Shown piece by piece: positions 46,299 through 55,647 of a stretch of 64,000 nucleotides of DNA. Position numbers and translations under genes: made by a program. Origin of the DNA: Acidobacteriota bacterium (GTDB lineage Bacteria; Acidobacteriota; Thermoanaerobaculia; Multivoradales; UBA5704); assembly GCA_040005235.1 (NCBI GenBank), contig JBDTZG010000022.1, positions 20,319 to 84,318 of the forward strand. The letters run 5' to 3'. The stretch's first letter is position 1; every line of letters begins with the position of its first letter. Under the pieces are notes generated by a model. That model did no database searches. It saw only the letters and a program-made list of their open reading frames with translations, and was not told where the DNA came from.

Positions 46299-47470
46299 TC
46301 GTTCCCGAAACCGATCCGCTGCTGCGGTTTCGTTCCGAAATGCCGGTCGCCGGCCGCTATGTCTATCTGAATCACGCGGCGATCGGCCCGCTGCCGCGCC
46401 GGTCCGCCGCACGGGTGGCGGACCTCGCCCGGGTGATTTCCGAGACCGGCGACCGCCGCTGGCCGGAGCGGAACCAAGAGATCGAGCGCGTCCGCTCCTT
46501 GGCCGCCCGGCTGATCGGGGCGCGCGACCCCCATGAGGTGGCGTTCGTCGAGAACACCTCGACCGCATTGTCGCTGGTCGCCGAGGGGATCGATTGGCGG
46601 CCGGGCGACAACGTCGTCGGCGCCGAGGGTGAATTTCCGTCGAACGCCTACCCGTGGATGAACGTCGCGGCGCGCCCGGCGATCGAGGTCGAGTACCGCC
46701 AGGCGCCCGAACGGAACGGCCGCATCGACCCCGAGGATCTGCTCGCCCGGATCGATGGCCGGACCCGCCTGCTCGCCCTCTCCTCGGTGCAGTACGCGAC
46801 GGGATTCCGCTCCGACCTCGCGCGCCTGGGGGCCGCCTGCCGGGAGCGCGGCGCGCTGTTCGTGGTCGACGCGATCCAGAGCCTCGGGGCCTTGGCGGTG
46901 GATGTCGAGGCGCTAGGGATCGACGTTCTCGCCGCCGCGGCGCATAAGTGGCTGCTCGGACCGGAAGGGATCGGCCTGCTCTACGTCTCGGACCGGGCGA
47001 TCGACCGGCTGCGCCCCACCCGGGCCGGCTGGCGCTCCACCCGCTCGCTCTACGACTGGAGTCGCCTCGATTTGACGTTCGCGGAGGGCGCGAAGCGCTT
47101 CGAGTGCGGAACGATCAACGGCTTCGGCATCGCCGGGCTCGGCGGCAGTCTGGAAATCCTGCTCGAAGCGGGACCGGAGGCGATCGAACGCCGCATCCTG
47201 GCGCTTGCCGAACGCACGGCGGCGGGGTTCGAGGCGGCGGGCCTGACACTCGCCGCCCCCCGCGGCGAAGCTTTCCGGGCCGAGGCGTCCGGTATCGTCG
47301 CCGGCACCCACCCCCGGCGGAGCGCAGAAGAGCTGGCCGAAGCCCTGGCCGAGCGCGGCATCGTGGTGTCGGCGCGGGCCGGCCGGCTGCGCGCGGCACC
47401 CCATTTTTACAATTCCGAGGCGGAGATCGACCGGTTCGCGGCGATCCTCGCCGAGTTGGCAGGCGGGTAG
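46295..47470 (+). CDS. Class V PLP-dependent aminotransferase-like enzyme
   Basis: YLNHAAIGP, EFPSN, VDAIQSLG, AHKWLLGPEG and RAAPHFYN motifs. Confidence 0.9.
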   Translation: MIVPETDPLLRFRSEMPVAGRYVYLNHAAIGPLPRRSAARVADLARVISETGDRRWPERNQEIERVRSLAARLIGARDPHEVAFVENTSTALSLVAEGIDWRPGDNVVGAEGEFPSNAYPWMNVAARPAIEVEYRQAPERNGRIDPEDLLARIDGRTRLLALSSVQYATGFRSDLARLGAACRERGALFVVDAIQSLGALAVDVEALGIDVLAAAAHKWLLGPEGIGLLYVSDRAIDRLRPTRAGWRSTRSLYDWSRLDLTFAEGAKRFECGTINGFGIAGLGGSLEILLEAGPEAIERRILALAERTAAGFEAAGLTLAAPRGEAFRAEASGIVAGTHPRRSAEELAEALAERGIVVSARAGRLRAAPHFYNSEAEIDRFAAILAELAGG

Positions 47471-47498
47471 GCCGACCTTTGGTAAAGTCCCGCCGCCC

Positions 47499-48479
47499 AT
47501 GAGAAAACGCCTCGCCGGTTGCGCCGTCCTCGCCCTCTCCTGTCTGCTTGCCCTGGCCGCCGCCGAGGCTCTGCTGCGTTTCCTCTCGGCCCACTGGCTG
47601 CACGTGCTGGATGTCGAGATGTGGCGCTACGCCCGGTTCGTCAAGACGCCGTCGAAGATTCCCGGCGCGATCGAGGAGCACCAACCGAACGCGGACGAGT
47701 GGTTGATGGGCAAGCGGGTGCGGACCGACGAGCGGGGATTTCGCCGTAACGCGCCGGAGGTCGAAGCCGCCCGGACGCCGAACGACCGGCTGGTGATGGC
47801 GGTCGGCGACTCGCTCACCTTTGGCTGGGGAGCCGGCGAACCCGACACCTGGCCGAACCAGCTCGAAGAGCTGCTGCGGCAACTCGGAGCGCCGTCCCGG
47901 GTGATGAACTTCGGCATCGGCAACTCGAACACCTCGATGCAGCTCGCCCGCTACCGCTCGCTCGCCCGAAACCTAAAACCGGCCTGGGTGATCCTCGGCT
48001 TCTTCATCAACGACGCCGAGCCTGACCCCAAGCCCTCCGAAAGCACCCTGGTCTGGCGTTCCGCGCTCGCCGGCCTGCTGTCCACCCGCCTGCGCCAAAG
48101 CTCGGAAGTGAAGCTGCGCGACTACAAGGCGTACTACCGCTCGCTCTACAACGACGACCAGCCCGGCTGGATACGGATGAAACAGGCGCTCGCCGAGTTG
48201 GGAGACCTGCTGCGCCAGGACGGCGTTCCCCACACCCTCCTGCTCCTCCCCGAGCTCCACGAGCCGAAGAATTTCGGCAGCTTCGCCGACATCTACGCCA
48301 AAGTCGCGGACGCCGGCCGGGCAAGCGGCTGGGAAGTGATCGACCCCTCAGGCCGCTTTCCCCAAAACGCCGGCCCCGAGTACTGGGCGACCCTAGGCGA
48401 CGCCCACCCGAACCGGAAAGCCCAGAGAATCTTCGCCGAGGCGCTGTTGGGGTCGAGGTACGCGCTGCCGGGCCGGTAA
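47499..48479 (+). CDS. SGNH/GDSL hydrolase-family membrane-anchored protein
   Basis: VGDSLTFG, NFGIG, FFIND and DAHPN motifs. Confidence 0.88.
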   Translation: MRKRLAGCAVLALSCLLALAAAEALLRFLSAHWLHVLDVEMWRYARFVKTPSKIPGAIEEHQPNADEWLMGKRVRTDERGFRRNAPEVEAARTPNDRLVMAVGDSLTFGWGAGEPDTWPNQLEELLRQLGAPSRVMNFGIGNSNTSMQLARYRSLARNLKPAWVILGFFINDAEPDPKPSESTLVWRSALAGLLSTRLRQSSEVKLRDYKAYYRSLYNDDQPGWIRMKQALAELGDLLRQDGVPHTLLLLPELHEPKNFGSFADIYAKVADAGRASGWEVIDPSGRFPQNAGPEYWATLGDAHPNRKAQRIFAEALLGSRYALPGR

Positions 48480-48484
48480 TGAGG

Positions 48485-48631
48485 CTATCGGCGAATTCGA
48501 ACGCGATCGTCTGAAACGATCCAGAGGGCGTTAGCCGGCGACTCGTTGTTGAGCAAGAAGGCGAGCCGCGAGACCAGAGAATTCACGTTGTCGATCTAGC
48601 CAGGCATATTTTCATCGAGCTTGATACGCAC
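48485..48631 (-). pseudogene. DUF5615 (PIN-like) toxin pseudogene with internal deletion and stop
   Basis: GTG-RIKLDENMPG* then ...NALWIVSDDRVRIRR*: both termini of the family are present and the middle is missing; follows DUF433. Confidence 0.75.
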
Positions 48632-48638
48632 GTTGCAT

Positions 48639-48947
<309 letters not shown>

Positions 48948-48969
48948 TTAGTCCAACGAAGACATCAAG

Positions 48970-50148
48970 CTAACGGAAAAATCCCCGCACCTTCCCCGCC
49001 AAAGTCCGGGCCATCAATTTGCGAACCGGGGGAATCGCGGTAAGGATCGGCAGCGCGATGTCGCGGCCGAGGCCGAGGATGCTGCTTCCGGATTGGAAGA
49101 ACGGCGTGAGCAGATAGGACAGCCGGGACAGGTACAAGGCGGGCGGGCGGCGTTCGACTTCGAACCGGGCGCAGGTTTTTGAGAAATCCCCGGTCGTTGC
49201 CAGCAGCCGGGCGAACGCTTCGGCGTCGGCGAGCGCGAGGTTCGCCCCCTGGCCAAGGTGGGGGCTCATCGCGTGGGCCGCGTCTCCGATCAGGAGCAGC
49301 CGTTCGGCGGACCAGCGCGGGCAGGCGACGTGGACGTAGGTGGTGAACGCCGCCTGATCGAAGCTCCGGAACTCCTCGAATATCTCTTCAGCCTTCGGCG
49401 CGAGCGCGAGCACTTTGTCCCGGAATGCCGAGAAGCTCCCTTTCCGGATCGCCTCGATTCCGACTTTTCGATCGCCCCAGAAGAGGCTCGCTCGACCCTG
49501 CCCAAGCGGCAGGATTCCGATCAGCACCTTCGTGCCGCGCACCACCTGGTAGAGGTGGCCGGTGACCGACGTGCACGGCCCCATCGCCCAGAGCGCGCCG
49601 AAGTCGTATTCGCGGCTTCCGCCGTCCAACCCGGCCGAGCGGCGGAGCGCCGAGCGCGAGCCGTCGGCCCCCAGCACGAAATCGAACGGGCCGTGGCGAT
49701 TTCCATCCCGGTCGATTAGGAACGTCGCGTCCGGCGTCGTCTCCCGCTTTTCGGGCGCGGCCTCGCGCTTTTCAATTGCCACACCGGTAACGATCTCCAC
49801 CCCGGCCGCGAGGCAGGCGTCGAGCAGCGTCGTAAACAGCAGCCCGCGGGCGACGCCGTAACCCGTCCAGGTGGGATCGGCCGCCCGGTACGGCAGGCGA
49901 ATCATCCGCCGCCCGGAGACCTGCTCGGCCAGAAGCTCCGCGATCGGCTCACTCTTTCCGATCACCGCGTCGAGCAGGCCGAGCGATGCCAGCGCCTCCT
50001 GCCCCGAAGGCTGAAGGAGGATGCCCGCCCCCACCGGACCGAGCACTGGAGCGCGTTCGAACAGAGTGACCCGGTGCCCCGCCCGCGCCAGATGCACGGC
50101 GGCGGCGGTTCCCGCGATCCCACCTCCCACGATGCTGATTTGGTACAT
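48970..50148 (-). CDS. FAD-dependent monooxygenase (UbiH/salicylate hydroxylase-like)
   Basis: IVGGGIAG, GADGSRS and LIGDAAHAMSPHLGQGAN motifs. Confidence 0.9.
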   Translation of the reverse strand: MYQISIVGGGIAGTAAAVHLARAGHRVTLFERAPVLGPVGAGILLQPSGQEALASLGLLDAVIGKSEPIAELLAEQVSGRRMIRLPYRAADPTWTGYGVARGLLFTTLLDACLAAGVEIVTGVAIEKREAAPEKRETTPDATFLIDRDGNRHGPFDFVLGADGSRSALRRSAGLDGGSREYDFGALWAMGPCTSVTGHLYQVVRGTKVLIGILPLGQGRASLFWGDRKVGIEAIRKGSFSAFRDKVLALAPKAEEIFEEFRSFDQAAFTTYVHVACPRWSAERLLLIGDAAHAMSPHLGQGANLALADAEAFARLLATTGDFSKTCARFEVERRPPALYLSRLSYLLTPFFQSGSSILGLGRDIALPILTAIPPVRKLMARTLAGKVRGFFR

Positions 50149-50207
50149 TGGAGGGGAGGCTATCTCAAGCGATCCCGGCCCGGTCGTAGACCTAAGGACC
50201 ACTCCGA

Positions 50208-50909
50208 ATGGACAGCGGAAATCTCTACATCAAGGGGCTTTGGCGTTACCCCGTAAAGACCCTGGCGGGCGAGGCGTTGACGACCGCCGAGCTGACCGAG
50301 AACGGCGTGGTCGGCGACCGGATCGTTCACGTACGGGGGCCTGAAGGGGTGCGGACCTCCCGGCGGCAGTATCGGCTGCTCGGCCTCTCCGCCACGCTCG
50401 GCGCCGACGGCCGGCCTCTGGTGGACGGCCTTCCCTGGGACCACGACGAGGTTCTCGAACGGGTGCGGGAAGCCGCGGGAGAGGACGCCTGGCTGGAAGA
50501 GTTCGACGGGCCGGAGCGGTTCGACGTTCTGCCGCTGCTCGTCGCGACCGACGGCGCGGTGGCCGAATTCGGGCGCGACGTCCGGCGCCTGCGCCCCAAT
50601 CTTTTGATCGGCGGCGTCCACGGAATGGACGAGACGCATTGGGCCGGCGCCGAGCTTCATCTACCCGGAAAGGCGGGAGAGGCGGGCGAAGTGATCATCC
50701 GGCTCGATTCGCTCCGCGGGCGCTGCCCCATGACCACCGTCAATCCCGATACGCTGGAGCGCGATCCGGAGGTCCTGCGCGACATCGGCCGCCGCTTCGG
50801 CGGGCGCCTCGCGCTCAATGCCGAGGTCTTGAAGCCCGGCACGGTGAGCGTCGGCGACGCGGTCCGGCTCGTGCGCGCGGGCGATTCGGACTGGCTGGGC
50901 CGGGCCTGA
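50208..50909 (+). CDS. MOSC-domain protein
   Basis: LWRYPVKTLAGE, RRLRPNL and RCPMTT motifs. Confidence 0.88.
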   Translation: MDSGNLYIKGLWRYPVKTLAGEALTTAELTENGVVGDRIVHVRGPEGVRTSRRQYRLLGLSATLGADGRPLVDGLPWDHDEVLERVREAAGEDAWLEEFDGPERFDVLPLLVATDGAVAEFGRDVRRLRPNLLIGGVHGMDETHWAGAELHLPGKAGEAGEVIIRLDSLRGRCPMTTVNPDTLERDPEVLRDIGRRFGGRLALNAEVLKPGTVSVGDAVRLVRAGDSDWLGRA

Positions 50910-50916
50910 GGCCGGA

Positions 50917-51408
50917 CTAGCGCGCTCCGGAGAAACGCTTCTGCAGCCAGGCGATCGGGATTCCGATCAGCACGGCATGGGAAAAGAATCCCTCTGCGAG
51001 CCTTTTCGCCGGATAGTGGAGCGGGAACGGAAACGCCGAGAGGGGAATCACGACGAAGTTCATGAACAGGTAGACCAGAATGCCGAACAGGGCGCCGGAG
51101 AGCAGCGGCCGCTCGCGTAGCATTGCGAGCTTGCGGCTGGCGAGGAAGTACAGAGTCGAGGCGCCCATGGCGATCACGAAGTGGCAAAAAAGACCGAGCA
51201 GGCCGGTGGGAACGCCGCCGTCGAACGCGGCTTTTCCGAGCAGCCCGCTCGCGACCGATTGCAGTACCCAGAGGGGCGTCAACCCACCGCGAATCCCGTT
51301 CGCGATGATGGCGTAAAGGATGTCGAAACATCCGGCGACCAGACCGCCGAGGACGACTCCGACCCAGGCGCGAGAGATACCGGAGGGGGGCGACGCGCTT
51401 GCGTTCAT
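50917..51408 (-). CDS. Hypothetical 4-TM membrane protein
   Basis: Four hydrophobic helices; LQSVASGLLG and GLFCHF segments. Confidence 0.75.
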   Translation of the reverse strand: MNASASPPSGISRAWVGVVLGGLVAGCFDILYAIIANGIRGGLTPLWVLQSVASGLLGKAAFDGGVPTGLLGLFCHFVIAMGASTLYFLASRKLAMLRERPLLSGALFGILVYLFMNFVVIPLSAFPFPLHYPAKRLAEGFFSHAVLIGIPIAWLQKRFSGAR

Positions 51409-51419
51409 GGATGTTCCTC

Positions 51420-54215
51420 CTACCTTCCCCCGAAGCCGAGGCTCGGGCCGTAGAGCGCCGCGTTGAGCAGGAGCGGCATGGTGCCGCGCCAGAACGATCG
51501 ATACGACGGTTCCTGGGCGAACAGGATGACCGCGCCATGCCCGTGCTTTTCGACGCTCACGAGCAGGCTCCCCGCCAGCCGCTGCTCCGCCTCAGGGAAA
51601 GCGAAACCCGAGAGCAGCGGCGACTCGGTCGCCACGGTGAGCACGTCCTGCTGGGGATCGCCGGTCGTCTGGAGCACGAGGTCGCCGTCGATCAGGACGG
51701 GAGGCGCTTTCGGGATTCCGACCGCGAGCGGGTGGCCGGCGGTCATGCGGGTTGCGAACGCGGCACCCGGGGTCGAGATCGCCCGGTCGGCGGCGCTTGG
51801 GGTTTCTTTCGCGGTCTCGCCCTGCGCGCTTTCCGAGGCGGTGGCACCGTTTGGGGCCGTCGAGGCCGAGGAAGGAGTTTCCGCTGTCGCCGCGGAAGCC
51901 GCGGTGGCCGCATTGGCGGGATCGCCTGGGGTCTCTGGATCGTCCGGCGCCTTCCAGTTTTCGACCGCGGTGAAATCCTCGTCCTCCAACCAAGAGATCG
52001 CTCCGGCGATGCCGATCAGAACGCCGCCGCTCTTCACCCAGGCGTCGAGGCGCTCCTTCTTCTTGCCCGTGATCCGGTCTTCGTAGTCGCCGCTGGGGAG
52101 GATCAGCGTGTCGTAGGCCGATAGGTCCAGGTCGCCCAGACGATCGAGATCGAGCCGGTCGACTGGGGCTTCGAGCGAATGGTCGAACAGGAACCAGAGC
52201 GCGCCGAACGAGGTCTGATCGACCCCTTCGCCGCCGATCAGACCTAGATGCACCGGGCGGAGCGACGGCATGTCGCGCGAGCCGAGCGAGAGGCCCTCGA
52301 TGTCGAACGACGAGCCAATCCGCGAGGCGGCGAGCCCAAGCTCTTGAAGCAGGGCGCCCGTGCGGGCCTCGAAATCCGGCGGGTTGCCGTAGCGGGGCAC
52401 GAACAGCGTACCCGACGGGTAGGAGCGGTCTCCCAAACGGAAATCGCGCAACGCCAGGCGAAGAGCGAGACCGCGGGTTCTCAGCCGCATCGCGAGCTGG
52501 TAGGAGGCGAGGCCGCGCGGCTCGATCAGCAGCCCGAGCGTCCCCTCGCCCGAGATGCCGCTCGCTGCAGGCGCGAGCGGTTCGAGCGAGGAGGCAGGAG
52601 CGCCGGATGGGGCGAGCCAGACTTCCAGGTTGAAGGCGAGCGGCAGCGACCAGGCGGTGATGTCGTAGAACTCGCTGTCGAGATTCCGCGTCTGGCGCTC
52701 TTTCTGCCGCTCGATGAAGAGGTCCGAGAGCTGGGTTCGGCGTTCGAGCAGCGCTTCCACCAGCGGTCCGAGCGGCTGGCCGGAGGTGACGACGAAAGTG
52801 CCCGCCGGGAATCGACGGGACACCTCCTCGCCCCCTTCCGGCGAGCGGACCTTCAACTCCGTCCCGCGATCGAGCTGTTGGACCTTAATGCCGTGCAGGG
52901 CCAGCAGGTCGGCGAGGGCGCGCGCCTCCGGCTGGTCGGGCGACCAAGCGTAGAGGCGCCCCGGTCCGACGGCGGAGTCGAGCCGGTTGGCGACGAAATC
53001 TTCGAGCAGCCGCCGCGAGCTTCCTGCCGCGGTTTCAAGCGTGGCAAGCGAGGTCGCGAGGTGGTGGGCCACCCGATCCGCGAGCGCGATCCGCGTGCCG
53101 TCAGAGCGGGTGAGCAGCTCTCCCGCGCGCCCGCCGCCGGCCATCTCGTAGGTCATTCCGACGGCGCCGCGCAGGCTCGGATAGGAGTCGCCGTAGCCGG
53201 GATAGAGCAGGTCGTAGTTCTCCTGCTTGAAGTAGACCCAGCCGAGGCGGTCGAACGCCGCAGCGTTGGCGCGGCCGAAGGTTTCGAGCCAGGAGAGCGT
53301 GCGATGGGAGATCCGGGTGTGCACCGGCTCCGCGGCGGGCGGAAAGAAGTAGGTCGAATCCGCGCCCATCTCGTGAAAATCGACGAACACCTGGGGCTCC
53401 CAGGAGCGGTAGGCCGCGAGACGCGCGCGCGTCTCGGGCTGGGTCGCCCAGGCCCAGTCGCGGTTCAGGTCGATCAGGTAGTGGTTCACCCGGCCGCTCG
53501 GCCAGGGCTCAGAGTGCTCCGCCGCTTCGCGCCGCGGGTTCGGCTCGGCGCCCCGGCGCTGCTCGTAGGTCGCGAGATAGCGCTCGCGGCCATCGGGATT
53601 CATCAGCGGGTCGAGCAGGACGACGGTGTGCTCGAACAGCCGGGCGAAGTCGCCCCCTCCGGCGGCGAACACATACGCCGCGCCCATCGCGGCTTCCGCC
53701 GACGAGGACTCGTTGCCGTGCACCCCGTACGCGAGCCAGACGACCGAGGGCGTTCGCGCGATCAACCGTTCGCGTTCGGCTGCGCTTAAAGAGCCGGGGT
53801 CCGCCAGGCGTTGATGGTCGCGCTGGATCTCTTCAAGCTTCGCCAGGTTGCCCGGCGAGGAGATCGCGAGCAGGACCAGCCGGCGCCCCTCCTCGGTGCG
53901 GCCGTAATCGGAGAGCTCGACGCGATCGGAGGCGGCGTCCAGGGCACCAAGGTAGGCGAGGATCCGCTCCCAGTGATTGAATTTGGCGCCCAGCGGCGCG
54001 CCCAAGATTTCGTCCGGCCGGGGAATCCGCGGGTCGAGCGGGGGTAGGTCGAGCCGCTCCCCTTGGCCGAGCGGCGCGAGAACCGCGGGGCTGGCGCCCC
54101 CTTCGGCGGACTCTTTGGATTCGATTTTTTCGCTTCCGCCCGCTTCGACCGCCCCCAGGGGGGAGCACCAGAGGAGCGACCAGAGCGCACAGGGCGCGAG
54201 CCATCGAGAGTGCAT
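51420..54215 (-). CDS. M14-family zinc carboxypeptidase-like protein
   Basis: VHGNESS, NPDGRER, NHYLIDLNRDW and DFHEM motifs. Confidence 0.9.
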   Translation of the reverse strand: MHSRWLAPCALWSLLWCSPLGAVEAGGSEKIESKESAEGGASPAVLAPLGQGERLDLPPLDPRIPRPDEILGAPLGAKFNHWERILAYLGALDAASDRVELSDYGRTEEGRRLVLLAISSPGNLAKLEEIQRDHQRLADPGSLSAAERERLIARTPSVVWLAYGVHGNESSSAEAAMGAAYVFAAGGGDFARLFEHTVVLLDPLMNPDGRERYLATYEQRRGAEPNPRREAAEHSEPWPSGRVNHYLIDLNRDWAWATQPETRARLAAYRSWEPQVFVDFHEMGADSTYFFPPAAEPVHTRISHRTLSWLETFGRANAAAFDRLGWVYFKQENYDLLYPGYGDSYPSLRGAVGMTYEMAGGGRAGELLTRSDGTRIALADRVAHHLATSLATLETAAGSSRRLLEDFVANRLDSAVGPGRLYAWSPDQPEARALADLLALHGIKVQQLDRGTELKVRSPEGGEEVSRRFPAGTFVVTSGQPLGPLVEALLERRTQLSDLFIERQKERQTRNLDSEFYDITAWSLPLAFNLEVWLAPSGAPASSLEPLAPAASGISGEGTLGLLIEPRGLASYQLAMRLRTRGLALRLALRDFRLGDRSYPSGTLFVPRYGNPPDFEARTGALLQELGLAASRIGSSFDIEGLSLGSRDMPSLRPVHLGLIGGEGVDQTSFGALWFLFDHSLEAPVDRLDLDRLGDLDLSAYDTLILPSGDYEDRITGKKKERLDAWVKSGGVLIGIAGAISWLEDEDFTAVENWKAPDDPETPGDPANAATAASAATAETPSSASTAPNGATASESAQGETAKETPSAADRAISTPGAAFATRMTAGHPLAVGIPKAPPVLIDGDLVLQTTGDPQQDVLTVATESPLLSGFAFPEAEQRLAGSLLVSVEKHGHGAVILFAQEPSYRSFWRGTMPLLLNAALYGPSLGFGGR

Positions 54216-54237
54216 GGGGTCTTTCGCCGTCGGCAGG

Positions 54238-55647
54238 TCAGGAGAACTGGGTTTCGGCCGAGATGTTCAGCCGCTTCATCATCTCGTGGAGCGTGGTCGG
54301 TTTGACCTGAAGCAGCTCGGCCGCGCGCTTTTGCACCCCGCCCGCCGTCTGGAGAGCCTTGACGATCAGCTGGCGTTCGAAATCCGAAACCGCCTCTTTG
54401 AATGGCAGGCCGTTGGCCGGCAGAACCATCGGCGAGAAGGTCGGCGGATCGCTCCGGCGAACGTTGCCGGGCAGCAGGTCGACTCCGAGCCATTCGCCGG
54501 AGGAGAGCACGGTCGCCCGCTCGATGACGTTTTCCAATTCGCGGACGTTGCCCGGCCAAGGATAATCCAGCATCAGCTCCATCGCCTGCGGCGTGATCTC
54601 GCGGATCGCCTTCTCGTTTTCGGTCGCGAAGCGGGCGAGAAAATGCTGGGCCAGCAAAGGGATGTCCTCGGTCCTTTTGCGCAGCGGCGGTAGCTGGATC
54701 GTGATCACGTTCAGCCGGTAGTAGAGGTCCTCTCGGAACTTTTCCTGGGCCACCATGTCCGTCAGCGCGGCGTTGGTCGCGGCGATGATCCGGACGTCGA
54801 CCCGCATGTTTTCGATCGCGCCGACCCGCATGAATTCCTTCTCTTGGATCACGCGCAGCAGCTTGGCCTGGATGTCGAGCGGGATGTTGCCGATCTCGTC
54901 GAAGAAGATCGAGCCGCGGTCCGCCACTTCGAACAGCCCCTTTTTGGATGCGATCGCTCCGGTGAACGCGCCTTTGACATGGCCGAACAGGTTGCTTTCG
55001 AGCAGATCGCCGGGCATCGAGCCGGAGTTCACCGTGACAAAGGGGCCGTCGGCGCGCCGCGAATGGTGGTGGATCGCCTTGGCCACCAGCTCCTTGCCCG
55101 TGCCGCTTTCGCCCAGCACCAGGATGTTCGATTTGGCAGGGGAGGCGAGCTGGATCAGCTCGTAGACCTGCTGCATCGGTTGGCTCTTGCCGAGGATCTG
55201 GTCGAAGCTGTAGCGCCGTGCGAGCTGCTCGCGCAGCGAGCGGTTTTCGTGCCGCAGGCGGCGCTGCTCCAGCCCCTTGCGGACGGTGAGCAGAACCTCT
55301 TCGTTCTTGAACGGCTTCGGGATGTAGTGGAATGCCCCGTCGCGCATCGCGCCGATCGCGCTCTCGATCGAGGAGTAGGCGGTGATCACGACCACCACCT
55401 GCTCGGGATCCCGCTGGCGGATCTGCCGTAGCACCTCGCGCCCGGACAGCCCTGGCAGCATCAGGTCGAGCAGGATCAAGTCGATCTCTTCGCGTTCGAT
55501 CAGCTCCAGCGCCTCTTCCCCGGTCGTCGCCGAAATCGTCGCGTAGCCTTCGCGGCGCAACAGGGTCGAGAGGACATCCTGGAGGACCTCCTCGTCGTCG
55601 ACGATCAGAATGCTCATAGGGGAGGCGGGTTCGTTTCCGTCATGCAT
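54238..55647 (-). CDS. sigma54-dependent (NtrC-family) response regulator
   Basis: Receiver (ILIVDDE, LLDLMLP), GESGTGKE, GAFTGA, WPGNVRELEN and a Fis HTH; start 55647 or 55617. Confidence 0.95.
   Translation of the reverse strand: MHDGNEPASPMSILIVDDEEVLQDVLSTLLRREGYATISATTGEEALELIEREEIDLILLDLMLPGLSGREVLRQIRQRDPEQVVVVITAYSSIESAIGAMRDGAFHYIPKPFKNEEVLLTVRKGLEQRRLRHENRSLREQLARRYSFDQILGKSQPMQQVYELIQLASPAKSNILVLGESGTGKELVAKAIHHHSRRADGPFVTVNSGSMPGDLLESNLFGHVKGAFTGAIASKKGLFEVADRGSIFFDEIGNIPLDIQAKLLRVIQEKEFMRVGAIENMRVDVRIIAATNAALTDMVAQEKFREDLYYRLNVITIQLPPLRKRTEDIPLLAQHFLARFATENEKAIREITPQAMELMLDYPWPGNVRELENVIERATVLSSGEWLGVDLLPGNVRRSDPPTFSPMVLPANGLPFKEAVSDFERQLIVKALQTAGGVQKRAAELLQVKPTTLHEMMKRLNISAETQFS

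Noticed and set aside
46295-47470. Cysteine desulfurase supplying the neighbouring CDGSH protein
   Set aside because: It lacks the C-terminal catalytic Cys loop (SSGSAC or RxGHHC) of IscS/SufS.
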